From an uncultured Nitrospinota bacterium (GTDB lineage: Bacteria > Tectomicrobia > Entotheonellia > J063 > CAVPRW01), in the NCBI GenBank assembly GCA_963707985.1, contig CAVPRW010000031.1:384001-448000 (forward strand): a stretch of 64,000 nt of DNA. Reading direction: 5' to 3'. The translations under genes were made by a program, and so were the position numbers. Below, piece after piece: positions 11,532 to 21,399 of this stretch. Positions within the stretch are counted from its first letter, which is position 1. Every line of letters starts with the position of its first letter. Under the pieces are notes generated by a model, which saw only the letters and a list, made by a program, of their open reading frames with translations, did not search any database and was not told where the DNA came from.

Positions 11532-12391
11532 GCACGCCGGTACAAGCGTGAAGCATAAAGGGTGAAAGTCGCTCGACCCCAATGGTCCATTCGGGGGTCT
11601 AGCAGAAGGTCGGGCTGATGAAGTGATTCATCGGCTCAAGTGACCTGGCATCGTCTCTGCCAAGCAGCGGGCTGCAACACGGCCCAGTGAGAGCGAAGCT
11701 CTGCGACACGAGGTCGCTTTAAGAAGTTGTTCCCCCGCTCGCGGACGGTAAGTTGATCATCAAACCAGCAAAAGCGAACGTCAACGCCTTGCTGGCCAAG
11801 GTGCGAGAGGTGATTCAGTCCAACCCGACGGCGAAAACGGTGAAGCTGATCCAGCACCTGAATCCGATCATTCGGGGGTGGGCCAATTACCACTGCCACG
11901 TCGTGGCGAAGAAGACCTTTCAACGAGTCGATACCTGCATCTATCTCGCCCTGCAACGCTGGATTAAGCGAAGACATCCGAATAAGAAGGCCCGCTGGCG
12001 GCGACAGCGTTACTTTCGCAGCCAAGGCTTTCGTCAGTGGATCTTTTCGACCAACGTCCGGCAGGAAGATAGTAGCACCGGCTACCTTGACCGCTTCAAG
12101 GCCAGCAGTGTTGCGATCAGACGGCACATCAAACTCAAAGCGGAGGCAACCCCCTACGATCCCCAAGTATACCGAGTATCTTGACCGCCGCAAGCGCTCA
12201 AGGCCAGTCAAGGTGTCAGCGTGGGATAACGGCGCGCTTGCTCCTTGAGGGGACGTGACTTCAGGCGATTCAGTGAACAGAATAGCTGGGTCGAGCGATC
12301 GGCCTTAGAAAGGCTTGAGCGGGGTGAGGGGAAACTTTCATGCACCGTCCTTAGGGGGGCACGGCACAGCAATGTGTCGTGCCTACCCGGC
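11532..12391 (+). mobile_element. Group II intron remnant with internal deletion (RT domain lost)
   Basis: Domain V GAGCGGGGTGAGGGGAAACTTTCATGCACCGTCC (12317-12350), domain VI hairpin ending CCTACCCGGC (~12391), maturase fragment upstream, domain-I-like 5' sequence (GGGTGAAAGTC). 5' boundary approximate. Confidence 0.8.
11753..12184 (+). pseudogene. ltrA: Group II intron-encoded protein, maturase (thumb/X) domain fragment
   Basis: KLIIKP...LIQHLNPIIRGWANY...RWIKRRHPNK...RHIKLK...PYDP; no RT/YADD motif upstream. Confidence 0.85.
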
Positions 12392-12437
12392 GCCATAGAC
12401 GGCAAAGTGATCGGTTGTGTTGCAAAAACTCATAGGA

Positions 12438-12794
12438 GGGGTACTAAACACATCCAACCGAAAACCTCCGTCAAGCTCTGTCAGCCCGGCGACTGACAGG
12501 AGGCCATCCGCACATTCCGCTGTCATTCCCGCCGGAATCACCGTAAGAGAGAAACGGTGTAGAATATCGTTACTGCGTAGTTTGCCACGGTTTGGGAAGG
12601 CTCCGAGGGTACTTTCACGGCGAAAACAAGGCCGGAGCGCGTGGTCATTTGGCCATCACGCAGTCTTGCCATATAAGGCCAGCGACGTGACTCGGGCAAA
12701 TCGTCACCTCGTCTCGTTGCCAGTTCTTAACTAATTGAAAATAAAAGTTATGAGCGTTTAACGGAGGTTTTCGGTCCAATGTGGTTAATACCCC
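12438..12794. mobile_element. Tn3-family-derived MITE, 357 bp, 38-bp TIRs, 5-bp TSD TAGGA
   Basis: Left GGGGTACTAAACACATCCAACCGAAAACCTCCGTCAAG (12438-12475). Right end reverse complement GGGGTATTAACCACATTGGACCGAAAACCTCCGTTAAA (12757-12794), 31/38 identical. TAGGA at 12433-12437 and 12795-12799. Confidence 0.9.
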
Positions 12795-12820
12795 TAGGAG
12801 GGGTGTGAGTATGAACGGAA

Positions 12821-12846
12821 CAGTTATGGAAAGCTTTCCATAACTG
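12821..12846. repeat. Perfect 26-bp palindrome
   Basis: CAGTTATGGAAAG|CTTTCCATAACTG. Confidence 0.9.
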
Positions 12847-13069
12847 GGTTAGCGACAGCCAGTCTACCAAAACCTACGGTAACGAAAATCCCACAAGGTC
12901 ACGTGTGAGATATGTTGTTGTAAACATGGGAAAATCTGTGAAGATATCTCCTTTGCTCTCCGGCATGGGTTTTCTGAAACATGCCGGTGCCTCAGCAGAT
13001 ACCCAGGATGCTTCGGCACCGTAATTCAATAGTCTGAGGGGAAGCCGTATGGCTTACCGTAGGTGTCCG

Positions 13070-13279
13070 CATGACTCCTGCCGCTAACCCTTCCAGACGG
13101 ATCTGGCATTCCCAGTCATCAATTACATTGTAGACATAGAGGAAGCACTCCCCACGGTGTAAACGCAGCGCGGCGAGCGGCACGTAGCGCGGATCGGTGT
13201 CAAAGCTGGGCCGCCGAGACGAGTGCCGTCGTATTCCTTGCCGTGTATCCGGAAACCATGCAGCTGCACATCGCTCCAA
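13070..13279 (-). pseudogene. Fragment of a plasmid pRiA4b ORF-3-like protein
   Basis: L.L.RGE.FLYVYN..DDWECQIRLE resembles the family's F.Y.YDFGD.W.H.I.LE motif. Confidence 0.55.
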
Positions 13280-13381
13280 GCAAAGGTGATCTGCAGCACG
13301 TCATGGAAGAATGCTTATCAGAGGAAAGGCGTGGATTCCACTTGCCGCTCCCCGGAATCTCCCGGTCTCCCTAAGGGCCGG

Positions 13382-14804
13382 TTAGAAATTGATGGCGATT
13401 TGCATGCCGGCGACCAAGGCATTGGCGATATGGCTCATGCCACTCGGCTGGATGATGTATTGCAGATCGGGCTGCAGCGTCAGCCACGGTGCGATCGCCA
13501 CCTCGTAGGTCCACTCCAGCACCATCTCGTAGTGCTGACCGCTGAGATACTTACTGAACTTCCCATAGGCGAGCCCAAATGCCGCTGTATCGTTGTCCCG
13601 CCCCGGGATAAGCCCCTGATACACGACGCCGGCTGAGAAAAACCATGGGAAGGTGTTGCGGTTCGACGGGGCGAAGGTCACCGCCGCGAACGGCGTCAGT
13701 CCCTGGGTGCTCTGCGAGCCGCCCTCACGGTAGACCATCTGGTCCACCAGCACATAGACGCCGTAGTTGCCGCGGATCTCCGCTTGAGCCGCGCTGGAGA
13801 GATCGGGATAGCCGTTGGAATCAAAATATGCGCCGACCTTATAATTGCCCGGAAGGCCGGTGGCGCCCTGGCCCTGATTATACAGGTAGCCGAGTTCCCC
13901 GATCACGAAGATGCCTGCCGAGCTGCGGATGCTGAAATCGATCCCATGGGCGCTGTTCTGCAGCCAGCGTCGGATCGCTGTAGTACAGGCCCGTCATGAC
14001 CGACCATGAGTCGACGGGCATGACCTTGGTGCGGAGGCCCCACGTCGCCACGGGATAGACCGAGAAGGACGGGATGTTGATCGGCACGCTGCCCGGGTTG
14101 CCATCGAAGGCGAAGTTGACGAAGGCGGTGTACAGCGGCGATGCGAGAAAATCGTCGCCGGCGCCGATGCGACCCACGCGGATGTCCAAGCGGTCGTCCA
14201 ACAGGGATGGCCACTCCAACGCTATCGCATAGAGCCACGCCGTCTCGCCGCCAAAGATCTGGGAGACGGTGAACGTGTTGCCGATGTCCTTCGCAGACAA
14301 ATTTTCCCCGGAACGCCATGACCCGGAGACGTCGAACCGCATGCCTTTCAGGCTCCACAATTTCTCGAGATCAACCTGGATGTCGACGGCCGTATCCCCA
14401 GCATATCGGAACCCCTGTGTGTTGCCGCCGACCGGATTGCCGAGGAGATCGGTGGTATAGGTCGCCGTCAGCGTCACCCCCGCGCTCTCAAGCTCGTTGC
14501 GCAGGCCTCCCCAATTTCCAGTCAAGTATTTCTGCTGGAGCGCGACATCGACAAAGCGCTGGAACTTTCGCAGCACCGGGTAGCGATGTGGTGATGGCCC
14601 AGAGTCGACCGCCGCAGCTGGCAGCGGGACAGAAACCGACAACAAGGCAAGAACGAAGATGACATGTACTGTTGCTACGGCGGCACGAAGGCGGTCAGGT
14701 AGCACACCGGCGTGAGGACCTTGCCCCTGTGGAGCATCAGCGTTTATATGCGGCTCTGGAGGCGAGAGGATTATCGCTGTCATCCTGGAAACCTCGTATT
14801 TCAA
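13382..14804 (-). CDS. oprB: OprB-family carbohydrate-selective porin, copy 1 (frameshift ~13960)
   Basis: YLTGNWGGLRNELE..GV...DLLGNPVGG; YPVATWG; DQMVYRE; LIPGRDND; LQPDLQYIIQP; terminal F. Confidence 0.85.
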
Positions 14805-14916
14805 TACGGGGTTGCCTGGTCAATTCGATTTTCATGTGTCAGCAGGCCTGCAAATGAACAAATGAACATTTGCCACAGAGCCCCTTGGAGACGCTCGACA
14901 CGCAACGTCCCTTCAA

Positions 14917-15568
14917 CTATGGGAGAACGTTGATGGCGTGTGACACGATGATGACCAGCGTCAAGAGCGAGATCGTGCTTTCGAGCATCATCAACATCTT
15001 GGCGCGACGCGTCAGCGGCAAGGCATCGGTAGGACTGAATGCCGTGGCCGTGTTGTATCCAAGAAAGAGATAATCGAGGAACAATGGCCGCCAGTCGGGC
15101 GGCACTTCCTCGGGTGTTGCCGCTTGCGGAAAGAGCCAATCCGGCTTGTACGCTCAACTTGCTCGCCCGAGCGTACGGGCCGCCCCGATCGATTTGCCAG
15201 TATAACATCGAGAAGGTCAGAACGTTGGCCACCCAAATCGCCACGGATGAAGAAAGCAGCGAGAAGACGTTGCTTTTCGACGGGTGGAGCGTGATGACGC
15301 CGATCATATCCACCAGCTCCACGATGGTGTTGGCAATATAGGCCACGGCCAGGAGAATGATCAGCATGCGCTCGATGCGCTGCCACAGTGTGTTCGCCGG
15401 CGTGAGCGTGACGGCAGCCATGACCACAAGCAACGCGAGCACGGCCACGTGGAAAACCCACACCGGCATCACCTGTACATGGTGGGGTAACACTACCAGC
15501 AAGAAGAGCACGACGAGTATTGCGAGCGCGGGGGTCCAGCGCGGCTCGGCTTTGATCCTTGACTCCAT
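14917..15568 (-). CDS. DUF1345-like membrane protein (frameshift ~15150)
   Basis: IWVANVLTFSMLYWQIDRGGP followed by WRPLFLDYLFLGYNTATAFSPTDALPL. Confidence 0.75.
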
Positions 15569-15739
15569 TTCATGCATGCCTTTCATACCAGTGAAGCGTT
15601 GAACACTTGTCAATCGGACCTTAGTGGTCTGTTTCACAAATAACTCAAGGGTTAGCAACCAGAGTGCATGTAGTATGCGATGAAGGCGGCAAGGCCTTCT
15701 TCACTCATCACTTTTTCACATCGCATCCTCCTTTGGCAG

Positions 15740-16990
15740 CTACCCGCCCCGACCGTTCAGAACTCCCTTGGCGGAAGAATCTTCGAGCATGCGTGGGGCG
15801 AAGTGCTGGGTCAGCACCGGGCCCAGAGTGGCAGTGGTCAGCATCAGCGCGAGCACCACATCGAGCATGCGGCGATCGATCAGGCGTTGGCCCCCAGGGT
15901 CGTAGGTATGAAAGGCGACGAGCGTGGCTGCGAGCGTCGTAGCCACCTGCGGCAAGGTGAGCGACCACTTGGTCAGACGCGCGGCTGACGTGTACTTGAA
16001 GGCGCGACCAGCCAGTTCAGCGGCCAGCCACTTGCCGGAGACGAGCGCGACGATGAGCGCTGCCAGAAGGGCGAAATTGTCGTGTATGCTTTGTGCAAAT
16101 GCGATCGGATCGATCAAGAAGCCTGTCACCACAAAGAAGATCGGGATGAAAAAAGCCTTGCCGAAGAACTCCAACTTTTCCTTGGCCGGCTTGTCGTGAA
16201 CCGCTGCGTTGACCGCCACTCCGGCGAGGAACGCGCCGACGATGTCTGGGAGGTTGATGGTTCGAGCGAGGACGCCCGCCGCCGCCATCATCCCAAACAT
16301 GAGGATGAAATAGGCGTCCTCCTCACCCTCCGCCTTCTGGAGCGCGTAGGCGCCGACGCGACTCAGGCCAAACAGGATGAGTGGGACAAAAATAGCGATC
16401 TCAATAAGTTGCACCGCGAGCTCGAACATCGAAAAATGGCGCTCATACGTCGACACACAGATGGCAAACACGACCAGAGACAGCGTGTCGGATAGAAGCG
16501 TCGCGCCGATGGTGACGGTGACCGGCTCGAGTCGATTCGCGCCAAGCTCAGCCACGATCCGAGACCCGAGGAGTGTATGCGACGCGAGCAGTGATCCCAC
16601 GACGATCGCCGCGATGAGTCCATAGCCGAATAAGAGCCCAACAGCCGTGCCCAGCAGGAGAGGGAACCCAGTGGTCATGAGACCGAAGGTGATGGACCTC
16701 CTCTGCACCTGCCGAAAGTGCGCCAGGTCGATCTCCAGGCCGGCGACAAACATCGACAGCAGCTTTCCCAGGTCTGCCAAGAACTCCGCAATCGGCCGCT
16801 GTTCCCCAAATATGCCAAGGACATGGGGCCCGACGACGACCCCGCTGAGCAACAATCCCACGACGGCCGGGAGCCGGATACGGCGCGAGAGTGGTGGGAT
16901 GCCAAAAATCATCACCATGCCCAGGGCAAACTTCGCCAGCGGTGGCAGCGAGACAGCTGCGGATCGAAGGAATTCAAACGCGCCCATCAT
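15740..16990 (-). CDS. Cation:proton antiporter (CPA2 / Na_H_Exchanger)
   Basis: About 12 TM; GVVVGP, F.AGLEID, LASHTLL, IVGAFLAG, FFIPIFFV.TG. Confidence 0.9.
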   Translation of the reverse strand: MMGAFEFLRSAAVSLPPLAKFALGMVMIFGIPPLSRRIRLPAVVGLLLSGVVVGPHVLGIFGEQRPIAEFLADLGKLLSMFVAGLEIDLAHFRQVQRRSITFGLMTTGFPLLLGTAVGLLFGYGLIAAIVVGSLLASHTLLGSRIVAELGANRLEPVTVTIGATLLSDTLSLVVFAICVSTYERHFSMFELAVQLIEIAIFVPLILFGLSRVGAYALQKAEGEEDAYFILMFGMMAAAGVLARTINLPDIVGAFLAGVAVNAAVHDKPAKEKLEFFGKAFFIPIFFVVTGFLIDPIAFAQSIHDNFALLAALIVALVSGKWLAAELAGRAFKYTSAARLTKWSLTLPQVATTLAATLVAFHTYDPGGQRLIDRRMLDVVLALMLTTATLGPVLTQHFAPRMLEDSSAKGVLNGRGG

Positions 16991-17089
16991 CTCTTCCTTC
17001 CTTTGAGGAGATTTGGTCCGCCGTGCGCTCACCACTGTTCTTCGGCAAGGTGTCCTCGGCATGGGACTGCGCGAGAAGCTTCTCCTCCT

Positions 17090-17215
17090 CGTCGTTTCTC
17101 CGGAATCGGAGCGTGCTCGTGGGCAGGCCCAGGCGGGCTGCGGCGTGTCCTGCTCCCTTGATGCGCCTCGGGCAGGCTTCGAGGATGGACAGGATATTGG
17201 CGCAGGGGATAACCC
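17090..17215 (-). pseudogene. Fis-type HTH tail of a sigma-54 activator (fragment)
   Basis: ANILSILE....IKGAGHAAARLGLPTSTLRFR. Confidence 0.6.
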
Positions 17216-17226
17216 CGAACACCATG

Positions 17227-17529
17227 TTATGACTGGGCTGTGATGGCTTCAGATGGGACATAGCGCAAGACGAGCAGAACTTCAACGGGGACCGTCGCGA
17301 GGGCATACCCGCGTCCATGGGCGTCGCTAAATTCGATCAGGCACGCCGACGGGGCCGCATCTCGAGGATAGGCCTCGACCACGGTGCCTACGGCACCGAC
17401 CTCGAGACCGGTGGAGAGATCATAGCGCTCGTCGGTCAGGTGCAGCGCCTCGGGAGGCAGCGATTGCAATAATGCCACGACGTCAAATAGTTTGGGATAT
17501 TGCGCTAGTGCCGGCACTTTTCCTAGCAT
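17227..17529 (-). CDS. DUF4926-like protein
   Basis: LFDVVALL...GAVGTVVE.Y...IEFSD..GR.YA. Confidence 0.7.
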   Translation of the reverse strand: MLGKVPALAQYPKLFDVVALLQSLPPEALHLTDERYDLSTGLEVGAVGTVVEAYPRDAAPSACLIEFSDAHGRGYALATVPVEVLLVLRYVPSEAITAQS

Positions 17530-17813
17530 AGCGGTGCGAACATAGAGCGTCAAGCGGTAGATCGGTGAGTCCCGCGCGCTGGCTCGACAGGCTCCAGGCG
17601 GTCTCACCATGCCTGGGCAGGTATGTGACCGGAAGTCCTTCGCTCATGTAGCTGCTCTTCTCGGAATACTAACTTGACGACATTGCACGGCATTATGGCC
17701 GACCTGGGCGTGCAACACGAATACGATGCCGAGTGAGCACGTTCCCGCTCGGCTGTGTCGTCAGGTGCACGCCCATGCCCGATGACCCTTGCCCGACGCA
17801 TGGGGAGCAGCAC

Positions 17814-18347
17814 TTAGGCCCGGACGCGGAATGCCCAAATAATAAGTCCCACGCCCTCCACGAGCAGGAGCACGCCGAAGATGAGCGGTACCGCCAGCGC
17901 TGCCGCTACCGGAGAGCTGAGCAGCAGCAACCCGACCAGCACGTTGATCACGCCCAGGATAAACGACCCGACCCCAGCACCCTTTATTCCGGCGATGATT
18001 TCGAGCACCCCCATGACCAGCCCCAGCACGCCGAGGATGATGACGAGCGCCGTAGGCACAGTCAACGCGGCGAGCAGCGGGTGTCTCAGGACAAAGATTC
18101 CGGCCAGGATCCCCACGATCCCGATGAGGAGCGACCAGATCCACGGGACGGAGCGATCCACGAAGACCCGTACCAGCTCTAGCACCCCCATGATGAGCCA
18201 GTAGAAGCCTAGGAAGGTGGTCAGCGCAAGTAGCGTCGCGCCGGGCGCGGTGAGAAGCATCACGCCCAGAAGGATTCCGGCAATTCCCTGAAGCAGAAAG
18301 ACCCACCAGATGCTCGCTTGTTGGGTCGGTGCATCTGCCGTAGTCAT
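17814..18347 (-). CDS. hdeD: HdeD/DUF308 family membrane protein
   Basis: Repeated WW..LLQGI..ILLG....P.A.L hydrophobic hairpins, 177 aa, SD GGAGG. Confidence 0.85.
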   Translation of the reverse strand: MTTADAPTQQASIWWVFLLQGIAGILLGVMLLTAPGATLLALTTFLGFYWLIMGVLELVRVFVDRSVPWIWSLLIGIVGILAGIFVLRHPLLAALTVPTALVIILGVLGLVMGVLEIIAGIKGAGVGSFILGVINVLVGLLLLSSPVAAALAVPLIFGVLLLVEGVGLIIWAFRVRA

Positions 18348-18390
18348 GATGTCGACCTCCTTATCTAGAAGCCATCATTTGGAACGATCC

Positions 18391-18789
18391 TCAAGGTGAG
18401 AGGGGTGACCACCAGCCCTCCCCTCCCCACGATTCCCACGCACCCCAGTCGGCATTCAATTCTGCAGCGTTCAATTGCTCCTGGGCCAATTGGTTCTGCT
18501 CGCGGAGCTGCTGATACCGTTGGTACTGGGCGTTCTGGCCTACGTAGAGCACGTTCTGGGTCACGTCCGGGTACACAAAATACTCCTTTCCGTCCCGCTG
18601 GACCATCGTGACTTTGTAGGCTGGTATGGCCTTGAGCCGGGACTGCAGTTCGGGAGTGGTGGCTGGCACGATTTTGAAGCCCGCCGCCGACAATAGGTCC
18701 TCCGTTCGCATGGTCGTTGCGCAGCCAACCACCAAGGCCAAGAGACTCGCGCCGCCGATCATACTTAACAAGGCTGCCACTTTTTTCAT
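18391..18789 (-). CDS. Uncharacterised lipoprotein
   Basis: Lipobox VVGC; E.LLSAAGFK, Y.YPD...LYVG...YQRYQ. Confidence 0.7.
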   Translation of the reverse strand: MKKVAALLSMIGGASLLALVVGCATTMRTEDLLSAAGFKIVPATTPELQSRLKAIPAYKVTMVQRDGKEYFVYPDVTQNVLYVGQNAQYQRYQQLREQNQLAQEQLNAAELNADWGAWESWGGEGWWSPLSP

Positions 18790-19221
18790 GGTTTTTGTTC
18801 CTCTTTCTCTGCGGTGACCGAAGGCATAAGCCTCAAGCTGTTCCGACCCTTTGTATGCGCTGTGCCGGTTGATGGTGAACGTCAGCCAGCCTAAGTGGTC
18901 AACCGATTGTACCATGATAGTCCTCAAGGTGTCGTCAAACGCGAAACAATCGCTGCTTGCTGCCAGTGCAAGTGGGCATCACGGGGCGGGCTGTGCTGGA
19001 TGGCGAGGAGATGGGGGAAGCGCAGCGAGACACGGCTAGCGCCACGGTGATCGCCCTGGTAGGGGTCACATTGCTTGACTTCGGCTTGTTCAAAAGCGTC
19101 GTCCGGCCGCTGCTGGCACTGGCAGCGCTAGGCATTGTGCTCTGCTGGTCGTGAGGGTTGACCACGCTTACCATCGGCCACCTCAACATCTTGACCGGGG
19201 AAGCCTGATGATCACCTGCCC

Positions 19222-19413
19222 ATGACGTCCTTGCAGGAGGCCGGCGGGCGAGCATACGACTATGCGGAGGTGGTGGCTGCTCTCACACGGGGGATAGCGG
19301 AGACTTGGCAGGTGGATATACTTCCAGGCCAGCTTACGGCGGCTTCAAGACAACTGAGCGCTCACCTACGTACGACGAAATATCACTCAGAAGTCTGGAC
19401 CTGGCGTTATTAG
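19222..19413 (+). pseudogene. C-terminal fragment of a lipoate-protein ligase family protein
   Basis: MTSLQE..GR....EV..AL..G......G.LT......KY.SE.W.WR. Confidence 0.55.
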
Positions 19414-19613
19414 TCGCCTCCGGCTCGTGGGTAGGCCCCTCCCAGCTCGGCGCTCGTCGACGTTGTGATGGATAGGCATCAGCCGCTCTCCTGGTCCTCT
19501 TCGGCAGCATGCAGCAACGTTTCGGCGGCGGGGAAGGATATCATGTGTTAGTCCACATGGTGCAGCAGGTGAGGCAGGGTTCTGTGGACACAAACAGTCC
19601 TTGCGTGCTGTTG

Positions 19614-19847
19614 TCATTTACACGCATCACGAACGTTCGCTCGTGCCCGTGCCAAGAGTTCAGCATAATTGGATTGCAACGGTGCTACAAGGGTCTTCTC
19701 CAACATTGCTTCCAGGTCAAATAGTACACGCTCCTCGGCTTGATCCGCAAAGTCCGCACTGTCCCGCTGATTGAAGCGGGCCAGCCAATCGTACAACACC
19801 AGCGCTTCGTCGTTCGTTAATTCGAGTTTGACTCGCTTTGACTGCAT
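19614..19847 (-). CDS. Small acidic helical protein, candidate immunity/antitoxin
   Basis: 77 aa, SD AAGGGGAG, starts 33 bp after the toxin-domain gene on the same strand. Confidence 0.65.
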   Translation of the reverse strand: MQSKRVKLELTNDEALVLYDWLARFNQRDSADFADQAEERVLFDLEAMLEKTLVAPLQSNYAELLARARANVRDACK

Positions 19848-19880
19848 TGTACTCCCCTTAGCAAAGCGCTTGACCGTCAG

Positions 19881-20198
19881 TTATAGGCTGCCACGTGCCA
19901 GCACGTTGGCCAGTTGATCCGTTGTAAGGTGCCATCCTGACACGAAGGCCCCATCAGCCCCACGCATAACATGCAAGCCCGTTTGGGGATTCACAAAGTG
20001 TGTCACTGGTTCTCCACGATATGTCCCCTGTATCACCACCGTCATCTGGTCCTCGATGTGCGCGCGTAATGCCTGTTCAAACCGAGTCGCCCCCGCGCGG
20101 CTGTACGGGCCCGTCACACCAAAATCCGCTGCATGTTTGAACTTGCTCTGCAGCTGTCGGGTAGAAAAGGCGATCGTTCGCTGGCCTGGTGTGTTCAC
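19881..20198 (-). CDS. Stand-alone colicin D-type tRNase domain protein
   Basis: QLQSKFKHAADFGV...F..A...H......GTYR......NP.T........G.F.SGW matches the colicin D C-terminal nuclease, including the K-x-K-H catalytic segment. Confidence 0.85.
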   Translation of the reverse strand: MNTPGQRTIAFSTRQLQSKFKHAADFGVTGPYSRAGATRFEQALRAHIEDQMTVVIQGTYRGEPVTHFVNPQTGLHVMRGADGAFVSGWHLTTDQLANVLARGSL

Positions 20199-20659
20199 AG
20201 CTGTCTACTCTTTTCCTCGCTCTATCGTCCATACGTAATAGACTGCAAGCGCTCTCCCCGTAGCGGTTTCCATCAAGGCTACCCCTTGCACAGCCAAGGC
20301 ATTGCACGACAGCAAATGTGCGATAGAATGTAAAGAAATGCAAGTGGATGATGCTTTGGGGAGTCACGCATGCGGCCCGATGTGGTGGGTTCAGATCGCT
20401 TTCCGCTTGGGCGAAGCAGACCTCCCTGCCCACCTTTCGGCAGTCTGGTTCACAACCGGATCGTTAGCCCCAGGATCGGCCCATGCAGGATCACATCCCA
20501 GCGGAAGAAATCCCCTCCGTCTCCTGCAGCAGGGCCAGCGCCGCAGGATCGTATGGCGCGGCATGCCCTAGCTGTCTCGTGTAGGCCAGGACGACCTGCA
20601 GGCCCCTACCGAGGCCGTCGGCGTACTTCCAGTCGCCTTCCTGCTTCTCCCAGGCGATG

Positions 20660-21005
20660 TGCGCCGAACCCGGACCGCGATGGGTCTCGTATGCGACGTT
20701 GATCTCCGACCACTAGGTTGCGAAGCGATTCGTCTCCGCATCGTAGTGCTTGCGCACATCGGTCGAGTGACACTCCGCGCGCATGAAGTGCCAGTTCTGG
20801 TCCATGCCAGTCTAGTGCAGACGGTCGCCGGCCGTGATGGTCTGGTCGGGGTCGAGGTGGGACCAGCACTATCCGCCGCCATCCTTGGGGCGCCTGTCCC
20901 AGGCGCTCGTGACCGCCTGGAGGCGCCCATGCGGGAACTCGATCAGGTATTGCTGCAGGGGTGTAGCCCCGAAGGTATACTTGATTTCGTAATCATAGAG
21001 ATATC
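20660..21005 (-). pseudogene. Fragment of a multiheme cytochrome c/TPR protein
   Basis: [25 protein letters not shown]...AWD.RP..GG*, then QNWHFMRAECHSTD (first Cys lost), with internal stops. Confidence 0.65.
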
Positions 21006-21029
21006 GTCTGGCTCGTCGGTGTTGGTGCG

Positions 21030-21200
21030 GACCGTGTCCGGTGGTGCGCGTGCCCGGCGAGGCGAAGACGTTGGTCCACGCATCGAGCATCGGCATCAGG
21101 TAATAGCGACCGTGCGTGTCCGGCACCGACAGGACCATCGGCTCCTTCGACAGGTCGAGCCATGCCCACATATAGAGCGTGTCGATGTTCATGCGTACGA
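21030..21200 (-). pseudogene. DUF1254-family fragment
   Basis: [46 protein letters not shown]. Confidence 0.8.
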
Positions 21201-21399
21201 CTGCATAAGGTCAGCTGAGCCAGCCAGATATGCAACGGAAATTGGGTCTGTGACATTCTCGGTGAAGAGAAAAGACGCTGGCTTTCACATGGTTACCGAT
21301 GACTCCCGTTAGGTGATGCCATGCAGATAATACCACACCCTCTCTTCACCAAGAATGGCACAGACCCCGGAAATTTTGGCGAGGTTTGCCCCTCTGCTC

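Noticed and set aside
11753..12391. Retron or DGR system
   Set aside because: No RT catalytic domain; domain V/VI and the maturase identify a group II intron remnant.
18957..19154. 65-aa hydrophobic ORF
   Set aside because: Possibly a gene fragment, but no family or start signal could be supported.
19400..19620. Integron attC site after the toxin-partner pair
   Set aside because: No convincing RYYYAAC...GTTRRRY pair with internal symmetry, and no IntI.
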